The notes below the pieces were generated by a model. The model saw nothing but the letters and a program-made list of their open reading frames with translations. It did not search any database and had not been told where the DNA came from. This document shows positions 1-1,079 of a stretch of 1,079 bases of DNA, in pieces. Every line of letters begins with the position of its first letter. Positions within the stretch are counted from its first letter, which is position 1. The position numbers were made by a program, and so were the translations under genes. Location of the stretch: the NCBI RefSeq assembly GCF_003334305.1, contig NZ_QOWS01000062.1. One strand, written 5' to 3'. Origin of the DNA: Escherichia coli (GTDB lineage Bacteria > Pseudomonadota > Gammaproteobacteria > Enterobacterales > Enterobacteriaceae).

Positions 1-1079
1 AAAAACTGGATCGACAAAGAAGAATATCCGCAATCCGCAGCCATCGACCTGCGTTGCGTAAATATGGTTGCCGATCTGTGGCATGCGCCTGCGCCGAAAA
101 ATGGTCAGGCCGTTGGCACCAACACCATTGGTTCTTCCGAGGCCTGTATGCTTGGCGGGATGGCGATGAAATGGCGTTGGCGCAAGCGTATGGAAGCTGC
201 AGGCAAACCAACGGATAAACCAAACCTGGTGTGCGGTCCGGTACAAATCTGCTGGCATAAATTCGCCCGCTACTGGGATGTGGAGCTGCGTGAGATCCCT
301 ATGCGCCCCGGTCAGTTGTTTATGGACCCGAAACGCATGATTGAAGCCTGTGACGAAAACACCATCGGCGTGGTGCCGACTTTCGGCGTGACCTACACCG
401 GTAACTATGAGTTCCCACAACCGCTGCACGATGCGCTGGATAAATTCCAGGCCGACACTGGTATCGACATCGACATGCACATCGACGCTGCCAGCGGTGG
501 CTTCCTGGCACCGTTCGTCGCCCCGGATATCGTCTGGGACTTCCGCCTGCCGCGTGTGAAATCGATCAGTGCTTCAGGCCATAAATTCGGTCTGGCTCCG
601 CTGGGCTGCGGCTGGGTTATCTGGCGTGACGAAGAAGCGCTGCCGCAGGAACTGGTGTTCAACGTTGACTACCTGGGTGGTCAAATTGGTACTTTTGCCA
701 TCAACTTCTCCCGCCCGGCGGGTCAGGTAATTGCACAGTACTATGAATTCCTGCGCCTCGGTCGTGAAGGCTATACCAAAGTACAGAACGCCTCTTACCA
801 GGTTGCCGCTTATCTGGCGGATGAAATCGCCAAACTGGGGCCGTATGAGTTCATCTGTACGGGTCGCCCGGACGAAGGCATCCCGGCGGTTTGCTTCAAA
901 CTGAAAGATGGTGAAGATCCGGGATACACCCTGTACGACCTCTCTGAACGTCTGCGTCTGCGCGGCTGGCAGGTTCCGGCCTTCACTCTCGGCGGTGAAG
1001 CCACCGACATCGTGGTGATGCGCATTATGTGTCGTCGCGGCTTCGAAATGGACTTTGCTGAACTGTTGCTGGAAGACTA
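1..1079 (+). CDS. gadB: Glutamate decarboxylase (PLP-dependent, GadA/GadB type), internal fragment; 5' and 3' ends lie outside the window (about residues 82-440 of a 466-aa protein)
   Basis: Frame 1 on the + strand is open across the full window (359 complete codons, no stop). Manual translation gives [359 protein letters not shown]. This matches the E. coli GadA/GadB sequence from memory, including the PLP-lysine motif S-x-S-G-H-K. Codon usage is typical of E. coli (about four-fifths of Leu codons are CTG by manual count). The symbol is given as gadB, but gadA is equally possible: the paralogs differ only in the N-terminal ~22 residues, which are outside this window. Confidence 0.96.
562..588 (+). 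other. PLP-binding active-site motif S-I-S-A-S-G-H-K-F; Schiff-base lysine codon AAA at 583-585 (Lys276 in GadB numbering)
   Basis: Translation of 562-588 in frame 1 is SISASGHKF. The S-x-S-G-H-K signature is the conserved pyridoxal-phosphate attachment site of group II amino-acid decarboxylases. Numbering follows from window codon 1 being Lys82, so codon 195 is residue 276. Confidence 0.9.

Noticed and set aside
320-511. Minus-strand 63-aa ORF from the six-frame track ([63 protein letters not shown])
   Set aside because: It lies wholly antisense to the strongly supported gad coding frame. Its Arg/Cys/His-rich, low-complexity composition is typical of a spurious reverse-frame translation of coding DNA, and it resembles no protein family I know.
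405-662. Minus-strand 85-aa ORF from the six-frame track
   Set aside because: It is antisense to the gad CDS and overlaps the PLP-motif region. Its Ser/Ala/Gly/Cys-rich composition has no recognisable domain, and it overlaps the 63-aa antisense ORF in another frame. It is an artefact of an open reverse frame.
810-1025. Minus-strand 71-aa ORF from the six-frame track
   Set aside because: It is antisense to the gad CDS, Arg/Ser/Pro-rich and low-complexity, with no recognisable motif. A functional antisense gene inside a highly conserved enzyme gene is very unlikely without other evidence.
1-1079. Possibility that internal ATG codons (for example the Met codons in MAMKWRW or [13 protein letters not shown]) are alternative translation starts
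   Set aside because: The frame stays open upstream of every internal ATG and the upstream translation matches conserved GadA/GadB sequence. These are internal methionines, not start codons.
1-1079. Internal promoter, terminator or small-RNA gene within the window
   Set aside because: I see no convincing -35/-10 pair with appropriate spacing and no GC-rich hairpin followed by a T-tract. The known sRNA of the gad system (GadY) lies in the gadX-gadW intergenic region, not inside gadA or gadB.

Overview
The whole 1079-bp window is the interior of a single protein-coding gene on the + strand, reading frame 1, with no stop codon and truncated at both ends. Its 359-codon translation ([53 protein letters not shown]...[25 protein letters not shown]...[20 protein letters not shown]) matches, as far as I can recall it, Escherichia coli glutamate decarboxylase GadA/GadB, a PLP-dependent enzyme of the glutamate-dependent acid-resistance system, covering about residues 82-440 of the 466-aa protein. 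The supplied ORF track lists only three minus-strand ORFs, which lie antisense to this gene and are artefacts; the real gene is absent from the track because it has no start or stop inside the window. I see no intergenic DNA, RNA gene, mobile element, CRISPR array or regulatory region. I do not find a novel or undescribed system here: this is an ordinary, well-characterised core or acid-fitness gene fragment. The findings below are modest annotation points, not discoveries.
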